Positions 13,613 through 23,200 of a stretch of 35,110 bases of DNA are shown piece by piece. The translations under genes were made by a program, and so were the position numbers. The number at the start of each line of letters is the position of its first letter. Position 1 is the first letter of the stretch. Below the pieces are notes generated by a model. The model had not been told where the DNA came from. It saw only the letters and a list, made by a program, of their open reading frames with translations, and searched no databases. The DNA is from Bigelowiella natans CCMP2755 (taxonomy: Eukaryota; Protista; Cercozoa), in the NCBI GenBank assembly GCA_000320545.1, contig ADNK01003231.1, forward strand, positions 1 through 35,110, written 5' to 3'.

Positions 13613-13915
13613 CACAGCTACGTGAGGATGGTCATTGAACAAATTTGAATTGATTGATTGCATCCGTCTCACCATGCCATCATTGAACAAACTGAAATTG
13701 TTCAATTGCATCCGTCTTGCCTTGCCAGCACGTGCTCTGCATTGGGATGACCATTGGAAGAACTTGATCGTTTCATTGCATCTGTGCGTCTCACATGACA
13801 ACAGAAACAAGTGGATTCAACGTGAACGCTGTGGCCGCTGCTTTGCACAGCTGCGTCAGGGTGACAATTGAACAAACTTGATTCGTTCATTGCACCTGTC
13901 TCACATCCGTCTCAC
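13613..13915 (-). repeat. Four degenerate tandem copies of a ~60 bp dispersed element (also at 19249 and 28615)
   Basis: Reverse complements of 13613-13671, 13681-13717 (partial), 13737-13795 and 13845-13915 resemble TGAGACGGATGYAATGAA..GATYAA.TT..TTCAAT.GTYATCCT.AYGYAGCTGTGC. Confidence 0.8.
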
Positions 13916-14231
13916 ACACTGCACGATGCTTCGAGACGAGGACAAGCAGTTTTGTTGGATGATTGGTTGGGGGCAGCGTTGCAGTGGCAGGCACAAGTGG
14001 CAAAGTGGCAACAAGCAGAAGGGGAACAAGACAGTTGGGCTGTCTGGATTCTGTGATGATGTGTTGACCTGGTTGTGCATGCAAGCAGCACAAGTCGCAC
14101 ATCACCACGCTAGCCAGGGGAAAGCACCCAAACTGCATGCATCACGCAGCCATGCATTGTGCTGCAGCAAGGCAGGTGGGTGCGCCTGCTTCCTTTGTTG
14201 ACACAAAGGAGCTGCAGCACCTCGACCCCGT

Positions 14232-16186
14232 TTTCATTTCCCACCTGCAATCAGCAGCAAAAATTGCGAAAATGCGCAACACGAAAATTTGCCCACTTTG
14301 GCACTGACGACGTGCACTGCTGTCTTGCACATGCATCACATGTGAGATCATGATCACAATGATCACAATTGTGTTGACAATTGTGATCATCACAATTGCA
14401 ACACGTTGCATGTGCAATGATGCATGCAACATGTCATGATCATGATCATTGCAATCATTGACATGATCACAATCATTGCAATCATGATGCAATGTGATCA
14501 TGTGTCACATTGCATTGCAATTGCAACAATTACAATCATGTCAATGATTGTGATCATCATGATTGCAATGTGTCATGTGCATCAATGTGTGCATGATGCA
14601 TTATGATCATGACAATTATAATTGTCAACATAATTGTAATTGTTACAATTGTGATCTTGCATGTAATATACATGTAAGATTACAATCATAATAATTATAA
14701 TCATGTTAATAATTATAATTATTATAACTACAATACATCACATGTATAATTACATGTCACATTACATTGTAATTGTAATGATTGTAATTATGTTGATAAT
14801 TATAATTGTTATGATTACAACATGTTACATGTATTATCATATACATGATATGTTGTAATTATAACAATTATAATTATTAACATAATTACAATTATTGTGA
14901 TCATAACATGTATTTAATGTGTTAAATACATATTGTAATTGTGATTATGATCACGTTGATAATTACAAGTGTTATGATTATGACATATCATGTACATGAT
15001 GACATGCACAATGCATTGTAATTGCAATGATTGCAATTATTAACATAATCATAATCATTGTAATTATGATGTAATGCAATGTGTAATGTGTAATTGCACA
15101 TTGTGTCACATTGCAATTACAACAATTACAATCATGTCAATAATTGTGATCATTATGATCACAACATGTTGCACATGTTGTCATGCATGCAATGCATTGC
15201 AATTGTAATAATTGTAATTATCAACACAATTGCAATTATCATGATTGCAATCATGTCATGATGTGCAATGTTGTGACATGTCATGACATGACATTGCACA
15301 TCATGACATGATTGTGATCATGATGATTGCAATCATGTCATGTACATTGCACATGCATCGAACCAAATTGCTAGAATGACATGGTGAAAATCACAGGCAC
15401 ATCACGTGCATTTTGCAAAAACAATCTTTGTCAAAAATGACACAGCAAAAATCCACAGCAGAGCATCGCGCTAGCGCGTCATTGCCCACGTGGCAGAATT
15501 TCTCGTGCATCACGGAGTTGAGTCTCCTTTTCCTCCAGTTCCAGAACGCCTGGAAGGACAAATGGGTGCTGGCCGAGCTCCGATTTCAGCTGCCTCTTTT
15601 TCAGTCAGTCGTTTCGCTTTCATGTCGTCGTTTCGATTCACAGATGGCACTCAATTGGTTTTGTGATCTGAGCTGTTTGTCATCGCATGCCTCACATTGA
15701 GACATTGAGGGAGATGATTCATGCTGGCACGTCATTCGTGACATTGCACGTGTCACGTGTGGCATTCTGCTTCCTCACATTGTCCTCGGGACAACACGAA
15801 TTTCTGTGGCCCTTCCCACGTTGCCCTGCAGCCCACCCCACACATGGCACGTGTGCATCCATGTGATGGCAATGCTTGCTGGCTTGGCAATTTCAACTTG
15901 ATGCCAGTGGCACGAGAGGATGGAAAGAAGCCAAGGTGTTTCTGTTTCAGCTGCACTGTTCTTGTCAAGCTAGCAAGCTAGTCACTGTGCACCATTTTCC
16001 TTCAAAATCAGACAAAGCAGCAGTTCCAATTCTTTCATGGCGTTTTTTTGGATCTTCATTTTTGAGTGCTGATCTTGTGGTTCGAAGAGTGGCTGCTGGG
16101 CACATGCCACACCCCACATTTCATTTCCCAACTACGATCAGTAGCAAAATTTCAAAAAAATGCGCATCATGAAAATTTGCCTACTT
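14232..16186 (+). repeat. ~67 bp direct repeat pair at 14232-14298 and 16119-16186
   Basis: TTTCATTTCCCA.CT.C.ATCAG.AGCAAAA...AAAATGCGCA.CA.GAAAATTTGCC.ACTT occurs at both sites. Confidence 0.8.
14340..15360. repeat. AT-rich array of about 11-12 near-palindromic ~55 bp units (period ~80-95 bp), with a central inverted repeat at 14919/14920
   Basis: Reverting TG/CA to TA gives recurring TATTATAATTATAATAATTATAATTATTAATATAATTATAATTATTATAATTATAATA or its reverse complement. 14761-14917 aligns with the reverse complement of 14922-15075 with one 3-nt gap. Confidence 0.9.
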
Positions 16187-16716
16187 CTGCAGCCCCAGAA
16201 GGCTGCACGCACGTGCAAACATGTGCAGTTGCATGCACACGTTCTTTGCAACACATGATCCATTTGCACGCATGCGTTCACCCACTCATGTGCCAAAGGT
16301 GCGCTCTGCAGCCCTGTGAGGCTGTGCACACTGACAGACGACCTGCTGCTGAACTGATTTCCAGAATGACATGCTGAAAATCATGGGCTAGCTGTCCGAA
16401 GTGTCCGAAGTGTCCGAACAAGGAACAATGAACAATTGATGAAAAACCATGACAAGCGGGTGGAGTGCACGAGCTAGCAAGCCCCAGACAGGCCTGTCCA
16501 ACACACACGCCACGCGCACAACCCTTCTTGGTTCCAATGAATGCTGACGTGGCCACAGCTGCAAACGAACAAACGACGCAAGCGAAGTCAAGTGCTTGCA
16601 ACAAGCACTCAAGATTCAGAAACCATCAATGTGGCCCTGAAGGGTGTTGTGTGTCCAACCCAGCAATGCAAACAGTGAAGAAGTCTCGAGATGTCAAAGA
16701 ACAGAAAGAAGAAACT

Positions 16717-17003
16717 TTGATGATCAGACTTTCAAAGTGTTGCGTGACACTTGCAAAGTGTGCAACGCATGTGCCTCGAGCTGAACAATGAACAATGAAC
16801 AATGAACAATGATGACAAACTGCATTTCCAAAATGTAACAAGACATTTGCAGTGCACGAAACGCAGTGCCTCGAGCTAAATCTAGCGAGGTCCAATTTGA
16901 AATTTCAACAATGAACAATGATGATGAACCACGTTTCCAAAATGTAGCAAGACCTTTGCTGTGAATCGAAACGCAGTGACCTCGAACTAACTTTAGTGAG
17001 GAC
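16717..17003 (+). repeat. Tandem ~110 bp repeat (two good copies, one degenerate) with (GAACAAT)n heads
   Basis: AACAATGAACAATGATGA...TTTCCAAAATGTA.CAAGAC.TTTGC.GTG...CGAAACGCAGTG.CCTCGA.CTAA at ~16795 and ~16907, with a degenerate copy from ~16717. Confidence 0.8.
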
Positions 17004-17674
17004 TAACTAGTGAAACCAAAAGGAATCAAGAACGGCATTCTGGCCATTCCTCCATTCCTAGTTTCATTGTCTTTGGTGCCTGAACCACGCACATTTCCAA
17101 ATTGAACTCTGGAGAAAAGCATTCTCACTACGAGTCGTAGACAAGAAAAACAGATGTGGTTCCAGTCTGCGACAAGGATTGTCAAGGTTTGTCTTGAGGA
17201 ATTTTCTAGCGTCACTAGCCGGGCGTCATTGCAGAACGAGCTCGAAGATTTTCCTTCTTTTCTGTGCTGCGCAAGGCCATTTTCCTGCGGTTATCGAGTC
17301 GTTGCAAACAAATTGACCTCCATTTTGGTTGTTCGCGAGAAAAGAAAAATGGACATTCGCTTGATGACGCCCTGTGCTCTGGATGTGTGCCCGAGGAGAG
17401 TCCACGTTACCTACGAACGTACCTGACGCCCTGCAGAATGTGCCTGAGATGGAAGAGGCAGTGGAGCTTTTAGTCCTGCGACAAAGCTTGAGCTGCAGCA
17501 AGCAAAGCAAATTTCCCCCTGCGCTTGATCGATGTAGAATTAATGTCTGAACCGATGTTCTCCGATTCCAGAATTCACGGAACAACTAGCCACCCACATT
17601 CCAAACGCCGCTGTCAGCTTTGCACGCAGTGTTTCATCTGCATTACACCGATCAAACTTAGTTCGATTTTAGCC

Positions 17675-19111
17675 ATGGGAAAATGGCATAGCACACCAGA
17701 GCGATCTCAGAGTGATAGCAAAAACGCCGAGAGATCGAATTCGCGTCGTCGTACATCTCCCTTTACTTATCTCTATGGAGATTTATTTCAATGTCAGAGT
17801 GACAGCAAAAACGTCGAGAGATCGAACCCGCGTAATCGTAAAAGTCCCTCTCGTTGCTCTTCGACTCTTCTAAATTTCTATGAAGCACGCCGCCATCGAA
17901 AGAAGATCGACGACGTCAATGTCTATGTCGAAAGGATGGAACTTCACACCAAAGACGATGTCAAAGAAACCAGGGAATTGATCTCCGCTAGCGATAGTGA
18001 TGTGATTTTCCCCGATACAGCCACGGTACAGCTCACCATTGACAACAGTACCGGGCGTGACGATCAGAAGAATCTAGTTCTTAAGATAACTGGATCGAAG
18101 TACTGGAGAGACACAGGTATCCAGGTGGGTGATGTCAAGAAGTTTCACTCCATAAACACCACGGTGATGCTGAAGTCAAGGCCTGGGGCCAAATTCGAGG
18201 ACCTCGGGCAGGACGCATCTCTCACCTTCACCATTGTCGCCTCAGATAATGCTAGCGAGGCAAAGAGGCAGAATTACATGCCAGAGGCAGCAGTGATTTC
18301 TCACTACATGATTCCATTGATCAAAAAAGCCTGCCGAGGTAAAAATCTCAACATCCTCTTGACGGGGCACATGGGACATGGCAAATCAACCTTTCTGCAG
18401 ACGCTTTGCACCACAATGAGCTTCAACAAGATGGCGTGCATTGGTAGTGTTTTCGCTTCTCGTGGGGTGGGGGATCACAATACCCTCAGACTTGACAGAC
18501 GGGCAATTTTTGACGGTTTCTCCGTCTGGGACATGCATGGGATTCACCGTAACTTCGACTTTGTTCAGTACAAAGCCATTGTGAGAGGTGAACGTCCTGA
18601 TGGCTTCAGAATGAACCAGCGACCCAGGACTGATGACGAGGAGCAAGAGTTTAAGAGAACTGCTAAGTCCCGGCGAATGAACCTTGTTGTAATGTTGGTC
18701 GCGAAAGGGACCCTCGAATCGCAGAACAGACATGAGCTGGAACTTCTAAAAGACAGCATGAAAGCGATGCGAGATGAAGAAGTGGCACCCATGGTAGTCA
18801 TTAGCTTTGCAGACAAAAAGGACAAAACCGTGCTGAAGAATCCCTTTGACAACGTGTACCTGGACCAGCTCAGGAAACGTGCATGCGACGAACTTGGAAT
18901 GGAGGCCAATACTGTTTTTTTCTCCATTCCATATATCCACAAAAATGTCAGGGAATTTCAGAGAGACTTATACAACTTCCTCGTTGTTCAGAAAATAGCC
19001 CAATGCGCTAGAGAGAATGCTTCAAGAAAGGAGCCCAAAAAAACTATACAGCCGAGTGGTTTTTACCCAACGACCTTTGCACCTTCACCAACTAGCGTTA
19101 GATCTACCTAG
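17675..19111 (+). CDS. Intronless IFI44/IFI44L-like P-loop GTPase (478 aa), putative N-myristoylated
   Basis: ATG in GCCATGG context giving MGKWHS (MGxxxS). Walker A NILLTGHMGHGKSTF, G3-like VWDMHGI, IVRGERPDGFRMN, RRMNLVVMLV, PMVVISFAD, LGMEANTVFFSIPY and RDLYNFLVVQKIAQCA parallel, in order, the IFI44 motifs as recalled (ILLLGPIGAGKSSF, CDSLGL, ILNGNIRDRYQFN, RIHCVAFVF, LLTHVD, LGF..SDI.VV.NY, KDVLILSALRRM). Confidence 0.75.
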   Translation: MGKWHSTPERSQSDSKNAERSNSRRRTSPFTYLYGDLFQCQSDSKNVERSNPRNRKSPSRCSSTLLNFYEARRHRKKIDDVNVYVERMELHTKDDVKETRELISASDSDVIFPDTATVQLTIDNSTGRDDQKNLVLKITGSKYWRDTGIQVGDVKKFHSINTTVMLKSRPGAKFEDLGQDASLTFTIVASDNASEAKRQNYMPEAAVISHYMIPLIKKACRGKNLNILLTGHMGHGKSTFLQTLCTTMSFNKMACIGSVFASRGVGDHNTLRLDRRAIFDGFSVWDMHGIHRNFDFVQYKAIVRGERPDGFRMNQRPRTDDEEQEFKRTAKSRRMNLVVMLVAKGTLESQNRHELELLKDSMKAMRDEEVAPMVVISFADKKDKTVLKNPFDNVYLDQLRKRACDELGMEANTVFFSIPYIHKNVREFQRDLYNFLVVQKIAQCARENASRKEPKKTIQPSGFYPTTFAPSPTSVRST

Positions 19112-19248
19112 AGATCTGGGGTTTCGATGCCATCCTAGCGCAGGAGGTTGCAGGCATCAACGATTCTCATGCAACAATGTACATGTGTTGAAATTGCGTT
19201 TGATGGAGGATCGTTCGCTGTTGCACTACCCTGACAATGGATGTTACT

Positions 19249-19311
19249 TTTATGAGACGGATGCAATGAAGTGATTAAATCTTTTCAATGGTCATCCTGA
19301 TGTAGCTATGC
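19249..19311 (+). repeat. Copy of the ~60 bp dispersed element
   Basis: Ungapped 63-nt match to 28615-28677 with 7 differences. Confidence 0.9.
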
Positions 19312-20212
19312 ATAGCAGCGTTTGTAATGTACATGGAATGTGCATGATGCAAACTGTGTCTGTAGGCTTGGCACATGCAGCCTTAACACATGCAAGCGAC
19401 AAGAACAAGTGATGAGAGCTAGTAATACACAAAGCCTACTGCTAGCTTCGACGGAGATTGCACACATTTCATCATTGTGTGACTTGCTCTGACACACGAT
19501 GGCAGGGTACACACATGGCCATTGCTTGGGGCACAACGCATTCAATGTAAGAACTTGCTCAATGATGTTTTTTTGAGCTAGAATCTAAGAGAGCTTGTAT
19601 ATGTTTTGCTTTGACACCGGTAGTACTGTCATTAAATATGCGTACAACGTGTCACATGTTTCATCGTATGTGCGCCATGTACGTTTCTATCTAGCTGTGC
19701 GCAGATGTAGCATGTACATTTGCAAGTTATACAAACACTATTAATATATTAATATCGATGAAGGGTCATCAACGCGCGTGAATTGACACCAGTCAATCAC
19801 GTTTCTTTGTGTGTTGTCAGTATACAATAGTGAGAGCATTATACGAGCTTTCGTTCATATGCATTTGCACCATTACATGTATGCAGGCACGCATTGCAGC
19901 GCCACCACACGCAGTCGCTCAGTTTGGGCCATGTGTGTAGCAACAAGAGGATGGGAGTACAGGTAGGGTGTAGGCTATGCTCATTTGAGCACTGGTTATG
20001 ATATAACTAAATTCATACTTCTCGACGAAAGGAATTGCATAATTTTCTCACAACGGTCAACCCCGCTTTTCTCCCGTTTTTATTCGTTACTTGATGTTAT
20101 CATCTCACTTGGCATTTTTCTGCGGGCCTTCAGAATTTTGTGTAGAAGCCATTAGCACCTTACTTGCCCATATCCTGGTAAAATTCAGGTCAATATGGCA
20201 ACTTGTCTATCG

Positions 20213-23200
20213 TTAAGATCGAAGTGCTTGAGGTATCAGCTCAGGTGCTAGCACGCCCCTGAGCAGCTTCGCCGTGGTTCTTTCAAGAACAGAGGCAGCA
20301 ATCTTGCCTCCAAAGTCCTGCATAACGGGGAGAATCGTGGGGAGCAGGGGTACTATTTCCTGCGCGAGCTGCGGGGCGTTGCGGGTCGAGATGCGGCCGC
20401 GACGCAAGTCTCCGGATATGAACTCGACGAGTTTCACCAGGTTATCCACTGTGCGCTGCTCCTTGGTGTCCAGCTTGTGCACGAAGAGGCGCAGGACGGG
20501 GGGCAGGAGCTTTTCGTTCACGTTCAGGCGAACCGCAAGCTGGTAGAGGGCGTCGGTGGAGAGCGCCTCCACCGACGCAACCACCTCCTCAAGCAGAAAC
20601 TCGCGGATAATTCGACCCTTCTCCGAGAAGACAAACAAAAGCGCCTCGCGCACGGCCTTGTTGCTGCTGCTGCTGCTGCTACCCCCTGCGACGCTACCAC
20701 TGGCTGCGGCGGGGGGTGAGAGGAAGGAGGCAGGGGGTGATGCAGCGGGGTTCTTGTTGTCATTGCTGTTGTTATTGTTGTTATTGGGATCGTTGCTGCC
20801 GCCCCCGTTGGGACTGTTCGTGCTCATCATTGCGCTTGCTCCCATCGAGGAAGCTGCGCCGCTACTGCCACTCTCCTCGTCGCCCTTCCCTCCTAGCTGC
20901 AGCTCGCGCGCGAACGCCTCGAGATTCTGCAGCAGATCGACCGTTTGCTGCACGTCGAATTCACCATCCGCCCCGTATATCATGTAGCGGAGAGCCTCTT
21001 TTACCCTCGGTGCATCGTCGGTGAGCAGCCGATTCGCGATGTACGGGTAGGCGCTGTCGATGATTGCGAAGCTTGGATCCCCCACTAGAGCGATACCCTC
21101 CAGCACGCCAATGGCGCGGATGATCAGGGCGAAGAAAGGCGGGATGCGGAAGGGAAACTCGTAGGTAATCTCGGCGAGGTCACTCGACAGCTCGTTGAAG
21201 TTTATTGATTTAGCCCCCCCCCCCGCCAGGGCGGCGTCGAAGACCCTCGTGAGGGCCGGCAGCAACGGCTCTGGGTCATAGTCCGAGGGGATGAACCCCA
21301 GCGCTTTGAAATCGTCGCCGATCTTGCTGTAGTCGCGGCGCGAGAGGTGCAGGATCGAGTCCACCATCGCGTACTTCTGCTCGTCGGTGATGCGGGTCAT
21401 GAGGCCGAAGTCCAGGAGGCACAGCTTCCCGTCCGGAGTGCGGATGAGGTTTCCGGGGTGGGGGTCCGCATGGAACAGCCCCGAATCGAGCAGCTGCGTG
21501 AGGTATGCTACGACGCCGAGATTGACCAGATCGCTGACGTCGTTCGCCTGGCTCTGGCTGAGCTTCTCGCCGTACACCCACTGCGCCACGTGCACCCGCT
21601 TCGACGTGTACTTGGGGTAGCATTTGGGCACGATGACGTTTGGGATGTGAGCGAGGTCCTTGGCGATTTGGATCCCAGCCTCGCACTCCAAGCGGAAGTC
21701 GAGCTCGCGGTAGATGCCCTGAGCGAACTCGTCGACGAGGCCCTTCACGTCCGTCCGGACTCCGAGCCGTGTGGCCGTCTCTCCCAGTAGCCGCCCCAGG
21801 TAGAGGTCCAGGGACACCGTTTCGAGGACGAATGGCCGTTGGACCTGAGAAGGGGGGAGGAGGAGGAGGAGGAGGAGGAGGAGGAGGAGGAAGAGGGGAG
21901 GAGGAAGAAGAACAACAACAACAAATCAGAGAAAGTTGAAGAGAGGAGGGTGGTTCGTCTCAGAGGCAACAGCAGGGACAGGGCAAGGGCTGGGCGGGTG
22001 CGGAGAGGAGGAGGGCTTGTGATTGTAGAACGCGATAATAGAGGAAATGTGTGTGCGTGTGTGCGAGTGTGCGTATGTGCGCGCGCGCGCCTGTAAATAT
22101 GCTCTCAAGTAAGTATTAATTTCAGATTCTTCGATTACCTTGACAGCAACCTCGTCTCCATTCTCACGGAGCCTAGCCTTATACACCTGTCCTAGCGAGG
22201 CTGCGGCCACACAGTCCGGCGTGATTTCGGAGAAGAGCTCGTCGATATCCTTTCCGAGTTCCTTCCGGACGGTCTCCATCGCTATTTTGTTGTCGTAGGC
22301 GGGGACTTTGTCGCAGAGTTTCTGCAGCTCAATCATGGAGTTGGGAGACACGATGTCAGGCCGAATGGCCAGCGCCTGGCCAAACTTGATGTAGAAAGGG
22401 CCCAGCGATACGATGATCTCTCGTAACTCACGGATGCGCTCCGGTTCGTTCTCTTCCAGCTTGCCCAACGCCTTGTCGGCAAGGACTTTCGAAGCCAGCC
22501 CCGCAAAAGAGCTGTCACGCGACAAAGAGGGGAGTTAAGAGCAGAGGGAGGGGGGGGGGGGGTGTTGAGGATGATGACGTGATTAGCCACAAGAATGACC
22601 AGCGAAGAACAAGGTCTCCCCAAACGCTATGGGTAATCTCCACAACGAACCTGAGCCCCTCATTCCACACCCTGTCCATCCCCTCACACATAATGGTCAT
22701 GGTTACGAAACAGCATCAACAGCACCGCCGCGACCACCATCGCCGCCCACCACCACCACCACCACCACCACCACCGCCTTCTTCTAATGTCAACCTGAAG
22801 ACTTGCCACAACCGCTGTGTGACTTGAAGGGGACGACGGCTCCAGTAGCGGGCAATGGCTTGAGGGTCATAGACCTGCGGCAGACGATCCCCCGACTTGT
22901 TGTCATCATCCGACACCTGAACGACTAGCAACCTGTCGCTGGAGGCCACTGCATCAGGGTCTTGAATGCCAGCACCCCGGAGAGCCTCTAGCATTGACCT
23001 GTGCAACGACGACAGCGATAAAAAGGAGAATATGTGTCTCACATTTATCTACATATCATGTATATGCATGTATACACATATAGATTGTGTAAAATGGACA
23101 TAGTCCGAACAAAATCGCCGGAAAATTTTTTTCTTTCTCTGTATGATCCATAGAGTTGTTATCATCACAGCGAGACGATGTATTCTCTCGCGCTCGCGCA

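Larger units (their letters stand above)
13200..16900. other. TpA-depleted, TpG/CpA-enriched non-coding island, probably a decayed repeat or mobile-element-derived insertion
   Basis: By eye, only 2 TA dinucleotides in 13441-14530 and about 9 in 15361-16800, while CG is common. ORFs here are spurious and Cys/His/Met-rich because TAA/TAG stops and TAY codons are missing. Confidence 0.9.

Noticed and set aside
13613-13915. CRISPR-like repeat-spacer array
   Set aside because: The repeats are long, degenerate and irregularly spaced, the context is eukaryotic, and there are no cas genes.
14340-15360. CpG-methylation decay or classical RIP as the cause of the TG/CA excess
   Set aside because: CpG survives in the flanks while TpA does not, an outside repeat copy carries TA, and both TG and CA occur at the same aligned positions alongside TA. 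This is disfavoured rather than formally excluded without an outgroup.
13230-16918. Many overlapping Cys/His/Met-rich ORFs in all six frames
   Set aside because: They are an artefact of TpA loss: TAA/TAG stops and Tyr codons are absent, and no family motifs are recognisable.
17003-17585. Short ORFs upstream of the GTPase as a pseudogene or transposase remnant
   Set aside because: No recognisable motif or sustained reading frame.
17525-17674. Upstream extension of the GTPase ORF from a TTG start
   Set aside because: Non-ATG start; the ATG at 17675 has a strong GCCATGG context and yields a myristoylation-type N-terminus.
20650-20900. Low-complexity S/G/N-rich stretch in the ABC1K last exon as an intron
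   Set aside because: It is in frame without stops and has no compelling splice boundaries; more simply a disordered insertion. RNA-seq is needed to decide.
20274-21939. Antisense and alternate-frame ORFs over ABC1K
   Set aside because: They are shadows of a GC-rich coding exon.
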